Shown: piece after piece, positions 10,239-22,927 of the stretch
Numbering within the stretch: position 1 is the first letter of the stretch
Layout: each line of letters starts with the position of its first letter
Origin: Halocafeteria seosinensis
Lineage: Eukaryota
DNA length: 64,000 nucleotides
Direction: 5' to 3'
Assembly (NCBI GenBank): GCA_001687465.1
Contig: LVLI01000231.1
Location: 1-64,000, forward strand
The notes under the pieces: model-generated
The model's input: the letters and a program-made list of their open reading frames with translations, nothing else
Database searches by the model: none
Told to the model about the DNA's origin: nothing
Made by a program: the position numbers and the translations under genes

Positions 10239-13200
10239 ATGCAGCCAAGCCAGAGACTTCCCATTACCCCATTCCATGCTTTCGGGGTTCGCGTAAGTGG
10301 TACCGAGGCGCATTAGTGAAATCCGAGGAAATTCATTAGTGAAGAGTTGACTGTTTATGCAGAGCAATTTGCCGAGATGTGTTCAGAGGACGAGTGACGG
10401 AGGTAAGACGCTGCGGCAAGTACCATCTATATGTGCTGAACTGTGAGAAAGAAAAACCAAAACTACTCTTCTATTACAGTGGTCTTCTTTGCTTCTGGAA
10501 CGCGGGTAGTGTTTGTGTTACCAAAGGCTGACGTGAGCACCGGGTCAAAGGAACAAAATGAGCTGTTACGAGGGACTTCGTACGAAAACAACACCTACTT
10601 TCTCCCACGGGCCGAAGGCACAGACGATCTCTGTGCGTTTGACGTGAAAGAAGGCGAACCGACGTCGAAGGATGGCGGCAAAAGGGGACTTTTAGTAGCT
10701 GTCTCAGAAAAAGAAGAGCGTCTAGTAGAAGAGGAACGCGAAGGTTCGCGAGTTAAGAGGAAGCGTGTTTTGTCCCATGTGTCGGTTTACGACGTCTCGG
10801 AGCCTCCGGCTTCGTACCTTAAAGACAGAGTGGTACGTTCAACATGACAGCTCTGTATGATTTCTGCAAAGCAGTAAGAACAGCATCCACGCAGGTGTTT
10901 AGCGGAATAGTTACCGCCCTCAAACTGGGTCCCGACAATTCCTTGGTGGTTGTGTATGAGAGCGAGAAACCGCACTCGAAATCTGTCCATGTTGAGGCTT
11001 ATGACCTACGATTTCGTCGTTCGTTAGTGTCCGAGCAACTGACAGTTCTTTCAAAAGACGACCCGTTTGCTTTTGTGGAAGTGAGAAAGATCTGCATACT
11101 TGGGGAGGACCCCCTCACTTTTGCTTTTTTTGGATGCTCCGTGAAACCGCTCGATCCTGCTAATTGCTCCGAAAGCGACAAGCTGAGTCACCCAGTTTAC
11201 CGTTCAGCTTACATTCTAAAGTGTTGGAAACTGGCCACTGTGCCTTCTGTGCGATTCATGGAAATTCCTGTTGTTTCTCAGCTACAATCTACAGAAATAC
11301 TAGGGAAAGCATCTCCTGCCTTGGTTGATATCTCAACTCCGGGAAACAATGTCTTGGTTGCCGTGGACGCAAACCGAATAGTCTGGACCGTTGACGTTAG
11401 TGAGACTGATAATGAGACCTCCGTTTCCAGCCAATTGCAAGTGCCTGTTATAAAAGGTCATCTTCCGCAGGACGCTGACGAGCATAGTGTCTTCTCGTTT
11501 CCATATCTGACGTGCATAGTAGCAACAACCGACGGATTCCTTTTATCTGACAGTAGCAGCAATGTCTTAAGCTACGTCAGATCTAACGTGGATAAAGCAA
11601 GCGTGGAGTCGCCAGCTTGGGAATTTAATGGATACCTGAAAGTCTCGTCTTTTAATGACGAAAAGGCTATGATGGTGCAGTTGACTCCATCTTGCCTTTG
11701 TTACACGCCCTTTGATGAAAGAATTACAATAGTGGTGGGTTCCCCGGTTCCTTTGTGGACAATGCCTTGTCTGGATTATAAGAATTTGAGTTCGGGTGTG
11801 CCTAACCGGATGTCGGAGTTACTAAGCTTAAGCGATAGGGAGTTTGAACGTTGCGCAAAGGCTGAGTACGAACGGGGGGCACTACCGAGCCCATTTGACA
11901 GCGCACACAGCAGCAATCATATGATCTACCCGGGTTCGGCTATTGGAATTCTTCCTTACGAACTGACTACAGTCTCTCGATCCGATACATTTCGTGTCAT
12001 TCAACCAGTTTGGATTACTGATTGCGCTCATGCGGGGAGAATTACGAGTTTATCTGTTCCCAGTACCTGCGGAAACAGCATGCAGACAAAATACATGACC
12101 TCTTGCAGTCGGGATGACGGCACTATAAAGATATGGGATATGGTGACGCGCAAGCCAATTCTCTCGAAATGCTATCCATGGCCTAGTGCGCCTCTTCGCG
12201 TAGCCTTGCATCCTTCTGGATTCTTCCTGGCAGTGTACTTCCCGGGACGGCTTCATGTTTTTGTCATTACGATGGCTTCTCCAAATATTACGGTCGACGA
12301 CTCTGGCGCTGATTTCAATCAACAGCGAGAAGAAGAACTTAAAAACCTTGAGACGTTTCGCGAAGCTAACAGAGCTGCAACAAAGAATTGGAACGACTGC
12401 TTCCTTCAGTGGAAATCGTACTCATCGCGAATTTTAGGGATGGACCTTGCTTCGATGAGCTCCATTGAAATGACCGGTATTCATGTAATTCGATGGTCTA
12501 CTAAAGGAGATAGGATCGCAGTATCAATCGGAACCAAGCTATACGTTTACCAATTTTTGAATCATACTCCCTCTTTATTTCTGGAAGATTTTGCTTCATG
12601 CGTCGTTGGGAAGGACTTGTCTATTCTAGGTAAGAGAGGTGGAAGCAGGAATACTCTTCATAAACAGAACTTCCCGTACTTTTTCCTCATGGGAATTCTC
12701 GATGCAAGTCCGAAGGCTGTTGAAGACTTCTGTTTCGGATTGGAGGATCAATATATTTTCGTAATATCTTCTGATGGGAGCCAATCCACATTCGACCTGA
12801 GGGACTTAGTAGCCTGCTCTAGTGGCTGTGTCGAAGGTGACGACGCAAGAAGCACCGTCGACCTCAAAGGTGCTAGAGATGACACGGTTGCAGAAAAATC
12901 GAGAGTTTGGTTTGATGAAACATTGTCTCCTGTAATTTATCCATGCGGAGAATTTTCGTCGGAGAGTGGATATCAGACGTACACATCCAATTCTGTCTTC
13001 ATCGACACTCCTCCCTGGGCAGCTGAAGGTGGGCAGCTTTCTTTGATTCCGGAGGATGTTAAGCAAGCCGACAAGCAAAATGATGGTCCTCGACGAGGAA
13101 TACTAGTGTCGCACTCTCACTACGTAAGCGACAACAGCAATTTGACAAAGGTATTCCTTGACGGGAAGTTTTCGGAGGTACGGAGCAAAGAGTACTCTCA

Positions 13201-15930
13201 AGAATCCCTTCGTGAAGCTCAAACGAACCCCATAGGGAGATGCAGCACTATTTGTGGGCTGTGTCTGCCTTACTTTCTGCGAGGAAAGCAGTATCTAAGT
13301 TCATCGGTTCCTCCCTTCTCCATAGCCTTGTGGGGAGGAACTGGGCAGGGATCAATCGTACAGTTATGTTATCCTCAGGAAGAAACGAAACGTCCGGCGG
13401 GCGGACGGCGTCGCTCAAGCGTACAAAGTACAGAGGTAGGTGAGACTGCGTCCTCTAAGGCTGCTTGGAGTATGGATGGCATCTTCATGGCAGAGAAGTG
13501 TCATTCAGGTAAGAGTTTCACGCAATTGCCATATTTCAATCCTCAGTTCACTGTTGGGAGATCAAACTCGGGCATCACAAATTTACATTGTACATCCGAC
13601 GGCACATTCTTAGTCTCGAGTGGGAGCGACGGGAGCATCTTTTTGTATCTGGTAGATGCGGTAGCCTCTGCCAGATGGCTTCGTCTTGGAGTTCCCATTC
13701 GTTCCCCCGTTGAGCGGTTTGTAGGAATCGACAGAGGCGCAAAGAAAGAATCCATGTCATCCCGCCTAAGGACTTCGTACAAGGCGGCGCTAACGCGCTG
13801 GCAGAGAGGTATTTACGTTCTTGCTGCCGGTGTTAGAGAACTACGCAGCAAATTTTCTACTACTTCTGAGGCTACCGCCCTTAATAATATTCAAAGCCTG
13901 TTGGAGTCAGAAGAGCAGTACTCTCTTGTTCCGAACAGTACCTTCAGAGAATGGGAATCGTGGCTCTTCCGCTTAAGAAGCGGTAATAACAGGCTTCATC
14001 ATGACTTCGATCAATCGTTAGATAGGATACGAGAAGATTACAACGAGAATATCCGTGCGATTGAGCGCAGGTACGAAGAAAAGTATAAAGAACTAGAACG
14101 TGACAAGGAGATGAACAATGTGCAGTTACAACACACCATTAATGATCTTAAGTCAAAGGTATCAGCAATGCAGCAGGTTCGTGCTTAATTCATCCTTTAG
14201 TGTGATGTGTGGTGCGCACGTCGCTCATTGTTTCGTTGTTTGGATATCAGGATGCTGATTCTCGAGAGCGCGATCACGAACTAGGATTCCAGGAGAAGCT
14301 TTCAGGTGCTCAAAAGACTATTGAGAAGTTATTAAACATGGTTGAGAAGCAAAAAACACAATCTATAGGTGCGTCGATGTGGATAATTCGGTTATTCTCT
14401 TTCTCCTCACATTAAAACCCCAATGCCTGGTTCTCAGAAAATTTGAAAGCCAGCCAAAGGAGTGCTGAAGCACAGCAAGAAGAGCTAATGCAAGAATTCA
14501 AAGCGAAGGTCAAGGAGCAAGCGAAGGAAATTGAAAAACTGAGAAACGATTTGGAGTTCAGCAAAGAACAGCATCAGCGATTTATGGATGAGCTTGAAAA
14601 AACGAACGACGACGAAATTGTAAAATTTAGGGCGTTGCTGGACAAAGCAGCGAAGGAGACTAAACAAGCCCGTAACCAGGCACACAGTGACATTGCTGTT
14701 CTAAAAGGCCAGCTATCCTCCGCAAAAGCTGCTGAAAAGGAGTCTGAAGAAGCTAAAAAAATTGAAGCCGGTTACAGGAAAGAGAACGCTGCACAAGTAG
14801 AGAAGTTATCTTCGCGTCTAGTAGAATTGCAAAGAGAAAACCAACAGCTCCACATATCTCTTCGCAGTCGCGATCAGCAACTAGCGCAGTCAGAAGCCAA
14901 CAAGCGTGAACTTGAGAGCGATAGAGAGAACTTGCAAAACCAAGTGTACGAACTACGATCCAGACTAGAGCCGGCTGAAAGAAATAGCGAAATGCTGAAG
15001 CAACAAATTCGCGACCTGAATGAAGAACTGACGCACATTTCGGAAGAGCAACAACGGAGAGATGCAACAATAAAGAAGTCTGAACGGCAAAGCAACTCAC
15101 TGTCTAAACAGAAAGGAAAACTAGAGTCTGACATGAACACTATCTTGAATTTCGTGAAGAGGTTCCAACAAAGACTATGCGAATTCGAAGATAGAATGCC
15201 ATTTACTCCTTCAGAATGGGAATACGTCTTTAAGTCGCTTTACGACGAATTTGTAATATCTGTTCCACTTTTGAGCTCCCAATTGAGTGCCTTTGACACC
15301 GCGAAAACGCTGCGACGGCAGCAGAGCAGTCCCGAGACCGAGGGAACTGAAGTTAGTCTGACGGCCTCGCCAATGAAAGGTATTCTGGAACGGAAATCGA
15401 AACATGCCACGGACAACAAGGAGGTGTCAGTACTCAACCAGTATTATGGAGATACCACACCCGTTGAACGAGGAAAGAGCGCTGGTCTGTGGGCGTCGAA
15501 AACGCTACAGACTATTGGGTCCACTGACTCTAAACATTCGAAAGGGCTTACTCGTAGCGCTCAAACTCTAGGCGGTACAAGCCGGCAAACTGCTGAAAAA
15601 GATGAGTTCCGAGAGAGCGCATCAACTGTAGAATTACCTGCAATATACGACAGTATCCTTCGAGGAGCCACTGAAATCAACCAGCAGAGACAGAGCCTTC
15701 TCCATACCCGCCAGGTGGTGGACAAGCAGGTTGAGCACAAGAATAAAGTACACACGGTACAGCAGAAGAAGATGGTAGATCAGAATCTCGACCTCTTGAC
15801 ACAATTGAACCAAAGCAACTATGAAAATTCGAAGTTGAAGGAACGCATTGCTTCTCTCGAGAAACAGGTATCAGAATCGCAACCATGGCCAGACACGTCT
15901 TCAGAAGACACCGCTATAAAGAAATATTAA
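10239..15930 (+). CDS. CFAP57: WD40-repeat plus C-terminal coiled-coil protein, CFAP57/WDR65-like (divergent)
   Basis: N-terminal PFHAFGVR; TSCSRDDGTIKIWD; RVALHPSGFFLAV; DGTFLVSSGSDGSIFLY; long coiled-coil tail. Introns at 10833-10894, about 14176-14250 and about 14369-14437 join the ORFs. Confidence 0.7.
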
Positions 15931-15972
15931 CGAAAACAATCCTTCTGGTTTCATCACGGTATCGCTTGCTGT

Positions 15973-17703
15973 TCACTTCCCCGACGCAATAGAAATAAGT
16001 TCATCAAGGTCTACAACCTTTGAGCGCAGTTTGTTCTTCCTGGTGCCTCGGCTGATTTCTTCTTGGTCAATCTTTTGCCAGCCTGACCAATCCACAATCG
16101 AGCTCGGGCTTCTCTTAAGGGTGTCAGTTTCTCTTGTGGGGAAAAAACGAATGGACTTGCTCTGTGCATCCTCTACGATTGCACCCGTTGTTTCTTTTGC
16201 ATCTGTTATATTTGTCCCAATGATACCCGAGGGTCCGCGTTTCAGCCAACCGGCAACATATACCCCTCGCATTGCTGTGTCATGTCCCTCGAATACACGT
16301 CCGTGTGCGCTCGGAACTACTTTTCGCTTCTCATCAAATGGCACCTCCTCGACCCGGTTACTAGAATAGCCTATGCTTTTCAACACAAGGCCTGCTCTAA
16401 CGAATTCAATAATGTCAGTGGAGCGCACTTGTTGTTCTCCCGCGGTGCCTGTGAGTTCGGTAAGCCGGACATTGATTCCTGAGACACCGGTATCATTCGG
16501 GTTGTCAGCCGGTAGTATTTTTTCTGGGGAACGCAGGAAACGGAAAACGCAATGTTTTTCCCATGATGATTCCGAAAGTACATCCCACAAGGAGCCCTCA
16601 TAAGCATGCCTTTCCAACAAATCCTGAATGCGTCGTTTTGCTCTACTGTTTCGGAGTTCTTCTTCCGATGCATCAGTCTTCCCCTGTTGCATTTCATCTT
16701 TTAAGACTACCATGGCTGTATCTTTTATCCGAGTCATCTCACGTAACTCCTTTATTGTAAATGCAGCCTGCACATGCCCTCGACGCCCGAGGATGTGCAC
16801 GCGCCGGACGTTTGAGTGTCTTAATGCCTCTTCAGCGTGTTCGGCAATATCAGTTTCCTGCAGTTCCTCTAGAGGCTTTAGAAGTATTCGCGCGCAGTCT
16901 AAAGCGACGTTCCCGTTTCCCACTATGGCAACATCTTCTGTCGAAAGGTCGAAGTACCCATCTCGGTACAACGAAGCAAAGCTCGGGTGGCCATTGTACC
17001 AGTTGACAAAGTCTCGAGCAGAGATAACGTTCCTAAGATCTTCACCTTCTATACCAAGACGCCGATCCGACTGCAACAATACGGCATACTTAAACAAGCT
17101 TGTACGATTACCTGCACAATTCAAAGAAGGGAACTACTTACCTCTGCGCCGTACGCCAACACGACAGCACTGTACTCCTCCCGAAGTTGGGATAGTGAGA
17201 TGTCAGAGCCCAGGCGCATGTTGCCAAAAAAACGAAAGCAAGGAGACTGTGCAACCTCCGTAAAATCGTTTTGGACAGCCTTTACTTCCGGATGATCAGG
17301 GGCGACCCCACTTCTCACTAACCCTGGGTAGAACGAGCACGACGCCATGATCGAGAGTGAGAGAGCACGACGTTGGCGAACGAACCCACTTACCAAACGG
17401 TGTTGGCAGCGCTTCAAGCATATCTATTTGCACGTTGAATCCTTTCTCTTGAAGCTGCTTGAGTGTGTACTTGGCAGTATAGAATCCTGCAGGGCCCGAT
17501 CCTACGACACACACACGAATTGTGAGCGCGGTTGCTTCCTCATGTTGGTGTCTCCTGCTACCACGAACTATGGAAGAAAGTCCTCCCCGAGGAAAAGTTT
17601 CCCAGTTTGGTCGAGCGATACAAAAGGAAGGTCTTATTTGGCAAAATCCTCTCCACACTGCCTGGGCAGCAGGCAGTCTCTGTATCATGCGCACCAGCGT
17701 CAT
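15973..17703 (-). CDS. FDXR: NADPH:adrenodoxin oxidoreductase, mitochondrial
   Basis: VCVVGSGPAGFYTA, LPTPFG|LVRSGVAPDHPEVK, IVGNGNVALDCARIL and GWLKRGPSGIIGTN; transit-peptide-like N-terminus; 2 introns. Confidence 0.93.
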
Positions 17704-18287
17704 GCCTTTGTGAATGTCGTGGTGTGGACCTAAACAAGCATACAAACCTAAGAAAGACAGCGGCCAGACTGGAAGAAAAAAAAATGGTCGCAAACAATAC
17801 AGTGGACACCATCTTTCCCCACAGCTCGTCATGCATGAAGCATGGGGCTTGTATAATGACGGCTTCACAAGAGGCGCGCGCCTCTCTAGACCCTCCATCT
17901 TCAACGTGGCAGACACAGTGAAACAAATGTTTACCCGAACCGATCGAAGACCTTTTTTGTTCCTCTGTGCTCTCCCTCTTTGGAGTGTATGGAACCTTTG
18001 AAGTCCTTAGAAGCGACAACATGGCATGGCTTGGCAGTAAGTGCGAGCATTTACGAACGAGTCGACAAAAAGAACAGAAGTAGGACAGTATCTATTCTGT
18101 AAGCGTGCTTTCACTTGACAAATTTGTGGCAAGTGCAGCTCAATAGCACTGTTCGCGTGTGTCTTTCATTGGCGAGACGTCTATCTTCGTCGTGTTCTCG
18201 AGACTCTAGAGACTTCCAATCACGAGCAATATTTTCTTTGGTTTGATTCAAGTGCTCAGCCAAAACGCACTATAGGTTCTGCTTACA

Positions 18288-21200
18288 ATGGTGCTTCCGT
18301 CGGCCCAAGAACAGGCCGAAAAAGTGAGGGGATTCTTGTCCTCTGCCGGCCTCACGGCGCACATGAAAGAAGGTAACACTTGCTACCCCATATCAGTCGA
18401 GTGGCTTCAAAAATTTAGACAGTATGTGGGTTTGGAAGAGAAGAATACCTCGGGGGAACCAGTAAGTCTCTTCCTTCCACGTGCCACTGTTGTAAACGAA
18501 GAGTATCAATCAACATTTGGTTGAACAGGAACCTCCTGGCCCGATTGATAACTCAGATCTGCAAGACGAAGAGGTTGCTGAATGCTTGAGACCCGGCTTG
18601 GTAAGATTTGAAGGTGGACATGTCGTCCAGCTACACAATCGTTTAGCTCTTTGCGACGTTCAGGTTGAGTACCAACATTTCGAGTGGATCCCAAATGAAG
18701 CATGGGAGTTTCTGCATTCCTGGTATGGAGGTGGACCCGCATTCCCGCGTGAAGTGCAAGCTCTCGGAGGTCCGAAAGATCTTAAAGTAGACATGTATCC
18801 TCAGCACTGCACAGTATGTGGTATGGTGTGTGCAGTAGTATGCCTCAACGTTTACCATCGTACACACTTGGACACAGATCTTTGTCGTAGACGAGGACGG
18901 GAAGTTTCCAAAGGAAGGGGAGCATCCTCTCAGCATGCTGCTCCGGCGAAACTTGACAATTTTAGATGTACGTATTGTCTTCAACCTGATTGAAGCAGGA
19001 GCGCTAGTTTTAAGTTACGATGGTTTTCGTCCGTCGCTCAGGCTCGAGACGATATTCTTCGGGCCACCGGCTTTAATCCCGAAAGGGATAGCCCGAAGTT
19101 TCTTGTTAGAGACCGCGGAGTCTGGAAAGCGCTAGAAGATGAGGGCATCGATCACGAACAGGCTGACGTAGAGGAAGTAAGGGATCCCTGCTCAGGTTTG
19201 TGGAAGAAAAGACGTTCATCTTGCGGAAAATATCTGTGGATTGCAGGTGGCCGCCAATCAGAAAGACCTAGGTATTCTCGTTGCTGACTGCACGGAACAA
19301 TCGTTGGTGGACAAAGCTGCTGAAGACGCTGAGAAGCTTATGAGACGACGGAAAGATACCCAGTCGTGGAGGCGGTCCTTAAAAGAGTTGGACAAAGTAG
19401 ATGTCTTTGATAAGAAAACGAATGAATGGAGAGCTGGAATGATTGCCCAAGTTTTACCCCCTCATCCCCCTACATCTGATGATTCCGGTGAAAATGATCG
19501 CCTGGAAGTAAAGTTCGAAGGGTGGAATAAATCCCGCGAGTACTACTTGCGATCTTCGAAACTGCTTCTACCTCTACATTCGAAGACGACAGATTGGCGG
19601 GCAAAGCTGAAAAGGGGATCATTCGTCGAGTATGCTAATGCTCCGGAGGAAGGGCGATGGCAACTATGTAAAGTACTCAAGCGTTATAGTGAAGAGCTGA
19701 CTATTTGTCCTGTTAAGCATCCCGCGGACGTCATTTCAGTGCCGCTCGATTCGTCAAAATTATGCCCCGGTGGGACACATGTTGATCTCAAGTTCCACGA
19801 ATCCAAACTTGACGATGATAATGATGATGACTGGCAACCGCGGTTTGGGGGTTATGGGTCAGCAGGAAAGCCGGTGGTCCCCGGCGCAGTCGGATTAAAT
19901 AATATTGGTAATACATGCTTTATGAATAGTATGTTGCAGTGCTTGAGTAACACTGAACCGCTTACTCGGTATTTTCTCAACGGGAACTGGAAGAAAGATA
20001 TCAACCCAGACAACCCGCTCGGGGAAGGAGGTAGAATAGCGACTGCGTACGCCAGGCTTTTGAAAGAAATTTGGTCCGGTGCAACTAGGACATGTTCACC
20101 AAGAGAGCTAAAGCATGAAGTAGGTCGTGCAAAGAGTGACTTCCTAGGCTATGCACAACAAGATAGCCAGGAATTCATGAGCTTCTTGCTGGATGGAATC
20201 CATGAAGACCTTAACCGTATCCGGAAAAAACCGTATATCGAGGATGTCGAAAGCAAGGGAAGACCGGATGCCATCGTCGCCAGAGAGGCTTGGCGCCGTG
20301 CCAAAATGCGGAATGACAGTATTGTATGGGACATGTTTGCAGGACAACTGAAAAGCCACATTTGCTGTAACGTTTGTTCTAACGAGAGCATAACATTTGA
20401 CCCGTACACGACCATCAGTTTGACTATTTCGGAGCATGAAACGAAGAAGGCTCTTGTGTTTACATTCATTCCCTACGATGGCCGGTTCCACCACACTCGT
20501 TACAAGAGTCTTGTACCTAAAGGGGGAGTTATAAATGACGTTATCGAATGGCTTTGCACTGAAGCGAAGTTCCCTCACTCAGAGGACGCTGATATTCCTC
20601 GACAACAGCCTGAAGATCAGACCATTCGACGCGGCGAGAATGGACTGGCCCCGTCCGAGATGGTTGTAACGAAAGTTAGCGAGCGCAACAGTAGAATTGT
20701 ACAGCTGCTGCATCCCCAGGATCCCATCGCAGATATTCACGGTAGCGATTGGATTTATGTGTATGAAATGCCAAAATTAAATGATTCGCGCATGAAGGAA
20801 ATAGAAGACCAACAACGCAAGAAGCACCAGCGTGCAGAAATGGCAAGAGCATTTAAGCAATCTGATCGTGAAATTGAGAAAGCAGAAGGAGAGACGGATG
20901 AGGACATCAAGGAACTGCTTAAATTTAGATTTATTGAAAATGAGGAATACTTGCTGCAAGTCCGCCACCGTGTAGAGGGAAAGGGTTTCATGTCCAGTTC
21001 GCTCTCCCCGTACGGGCTTCCAGAGGTGCTTTCGGTACCGGTTGCTGCTGGCAAGTTGGACATTGGACCAACTGGCAAACAGCTATACGAGGCAACGTGG
21101 CACAAAGTTCAACGTTGGCTGGTACCTGACTTGCCTGATGAGTTCAACGCAGAAAAACCTCCCTATTCGCTGTCATTAGGGAGAATTGATGAATTTGGAT

Positions 21201-21994
21201 CGGCACGTGACTTCGAAAAGGTTGATATAGACGAAGAACCAATACAAATAGATCCGAAAAAGTGTGTTTTGTGTGTAGACTGGAAGTCTTATAAGCGCGA
21301 CGAATATGGCCTGAAAGAAGAGCATGCAATTAAAGACCCTGCAGAGGTTGTTCTGCAGGAGCAGACCTCGTATGAACCAGTTAAAGATAAAGATGATATT
21401 ACCGATTTGGAGACTTGTCTGGAAAGGAATTCTGAAAAAGAACAGCTTGGGAGCCATGATATGTGGTTCTGTCCACATTGCCGATGTTTTCGCCAAGCAT
21501 ACAAGAAAATGGATATTTACACGGCCCCTGACGTCTTGGTTGTCCATCTTAAACGGTTTCATAGCACCAACTACGGTAGATCGCTGACGAGTTTCCTCCA
21601 AAGGGATAAACTCAATAACTTAGTGAAGTTCCCAACGGAGGGATTGGACTTGACTCCTTACGTTGTCGGTCCACAGAAAACGAAGCATATTTACGATTGC
21701 TACGGAGTAAGTAACCACTCTGGAGGCTTGGGCGGTGGCCACTACACAGCATACGCGAAAAACTTTGAGAACGGTACATGGTATCATTTTAACGACAGCT
21801 TCGTGAGCGAAGCTACCAATGATGATGTTGTGACCCGACAAGCGTATGTACTATTTTTCCGTCGACGGGAACCAAGTGGGATTGCCGAAGGTGACTTCTT
21901 GGAAGAGGCTGCCCAGCGAGAAACTGAGCGCTTTCGACAACGAGGAGACACCGTAGGATCTCTTGGTGAGGAACTTCCCGAATCCAAAGAGTAA
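18288..21994 (+). CDS. Ubiquitin carboxyl-terminal hydrolase (DUSP + C19 USP, USP4/11/15-like)
   Basis: DUSP motifs PGPIDNSDL and AWEFLHSWYGGGP; Cys box GLNNIGNTCFMNS; QQDSQEF; His box NHSGGLGGGHYTAY and WYHFNDS. Five 5' introns reconstructed in frame. Confidence 0.93.
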
Positions 21995-22376
21995 CTCCTA
22001 CCAAGTAATTAATAGTCTTCTCTATAGATGTTGAGTGCATGAATTTTGCAGCACAATACACACCCCCTGTCCCAACCCAAGAAGCAGACTTTCTCGCACC
22101 GTCCGTGATACAAGTAATACCCCTAGCACTCATCCGTGCTTCCGCAAGTTAGTAGTAACTAAACAGCCGAGGGGACCGGCGAGGGCCCTCGAACTACAAC
22201 CGTGCGATCGCGGATTGGCATTGCAATTTGGCAAAATTGCGGCTGCTAAGTTGAGTCAGCGTCGTTTCCAGGGGGGTTGTCAAGAAAACCAAAAGCACCC
22301 CAAAAAAATTGGATTGTTTCGTTGCTTGTGGTATACACTAGGAGGGGTAGTTGCTTCTATCGTAAAGAAACAGAAA

Positions 22377-22715
22377 ATGTCTGATATTAATCGAGCAGCG
22401 AGTGCCGGTGGCGCTGAGGCGACGCCTACCGCGGGGTCTCTGCCTTACATATGTGGAGGTATGTTACACCAATGACCCTCATATGAACATTATCAACGAA
22501 CTGTATAGGTAACCGCGCTGCAGACTGTGGTGTATGGAACACTATCAAACCAAGTGACCCTGTACGATGCCGGACGTGTGGACATCGGGTGCTGTATAAA
22601 CCTCGAACAAAACGATGTACGTACCGATTCCATACTGGCCAACAGGCTTCTTCTGCTCTGTGTGTATATATGTTTACGCCATGGCTACGCAGTGGCCCAA
22701 TATGAAGCACGATAA
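22377..22715 (+). CDS. RPB12: RNA polymerase I/II/III shared subunit RPABC4
   Basis: Spliced [35 protein letters not shown]|..QYEAR*, a CxxC-CxxC zinc ribbon with the canonical C-terminus. Confidence 0.92.
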
Positions 22716-22927
22716 ACTCAAGAGCCAGACGGGAGGCGAACGAGTTCACGCCTTGGGAAACAGGGAAACTAATGTCGATTAAGAGACACACAGTCTTTCT
22801 TCTGTGGTGTATTAAAATGTCTGAAAGATCATGATTGCAATTAGGTTGGGTGGAAATGGTGGAATATTGTATTGTAGACAAATGTGTGTATTGAGTTGAA
22901 CAGGAATTGTACAACCAACCGGAACAT

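Noticed and set aside
10844..10847. Apparent ATGA stop/start overlap between ORFs 10443 and 10844 (also GTGA at 53313-53316)
   Set aside because: Explained by in-frame GT-AG introns (10833-10894; about 53282-53358), not by translational coupling or frameshifting.
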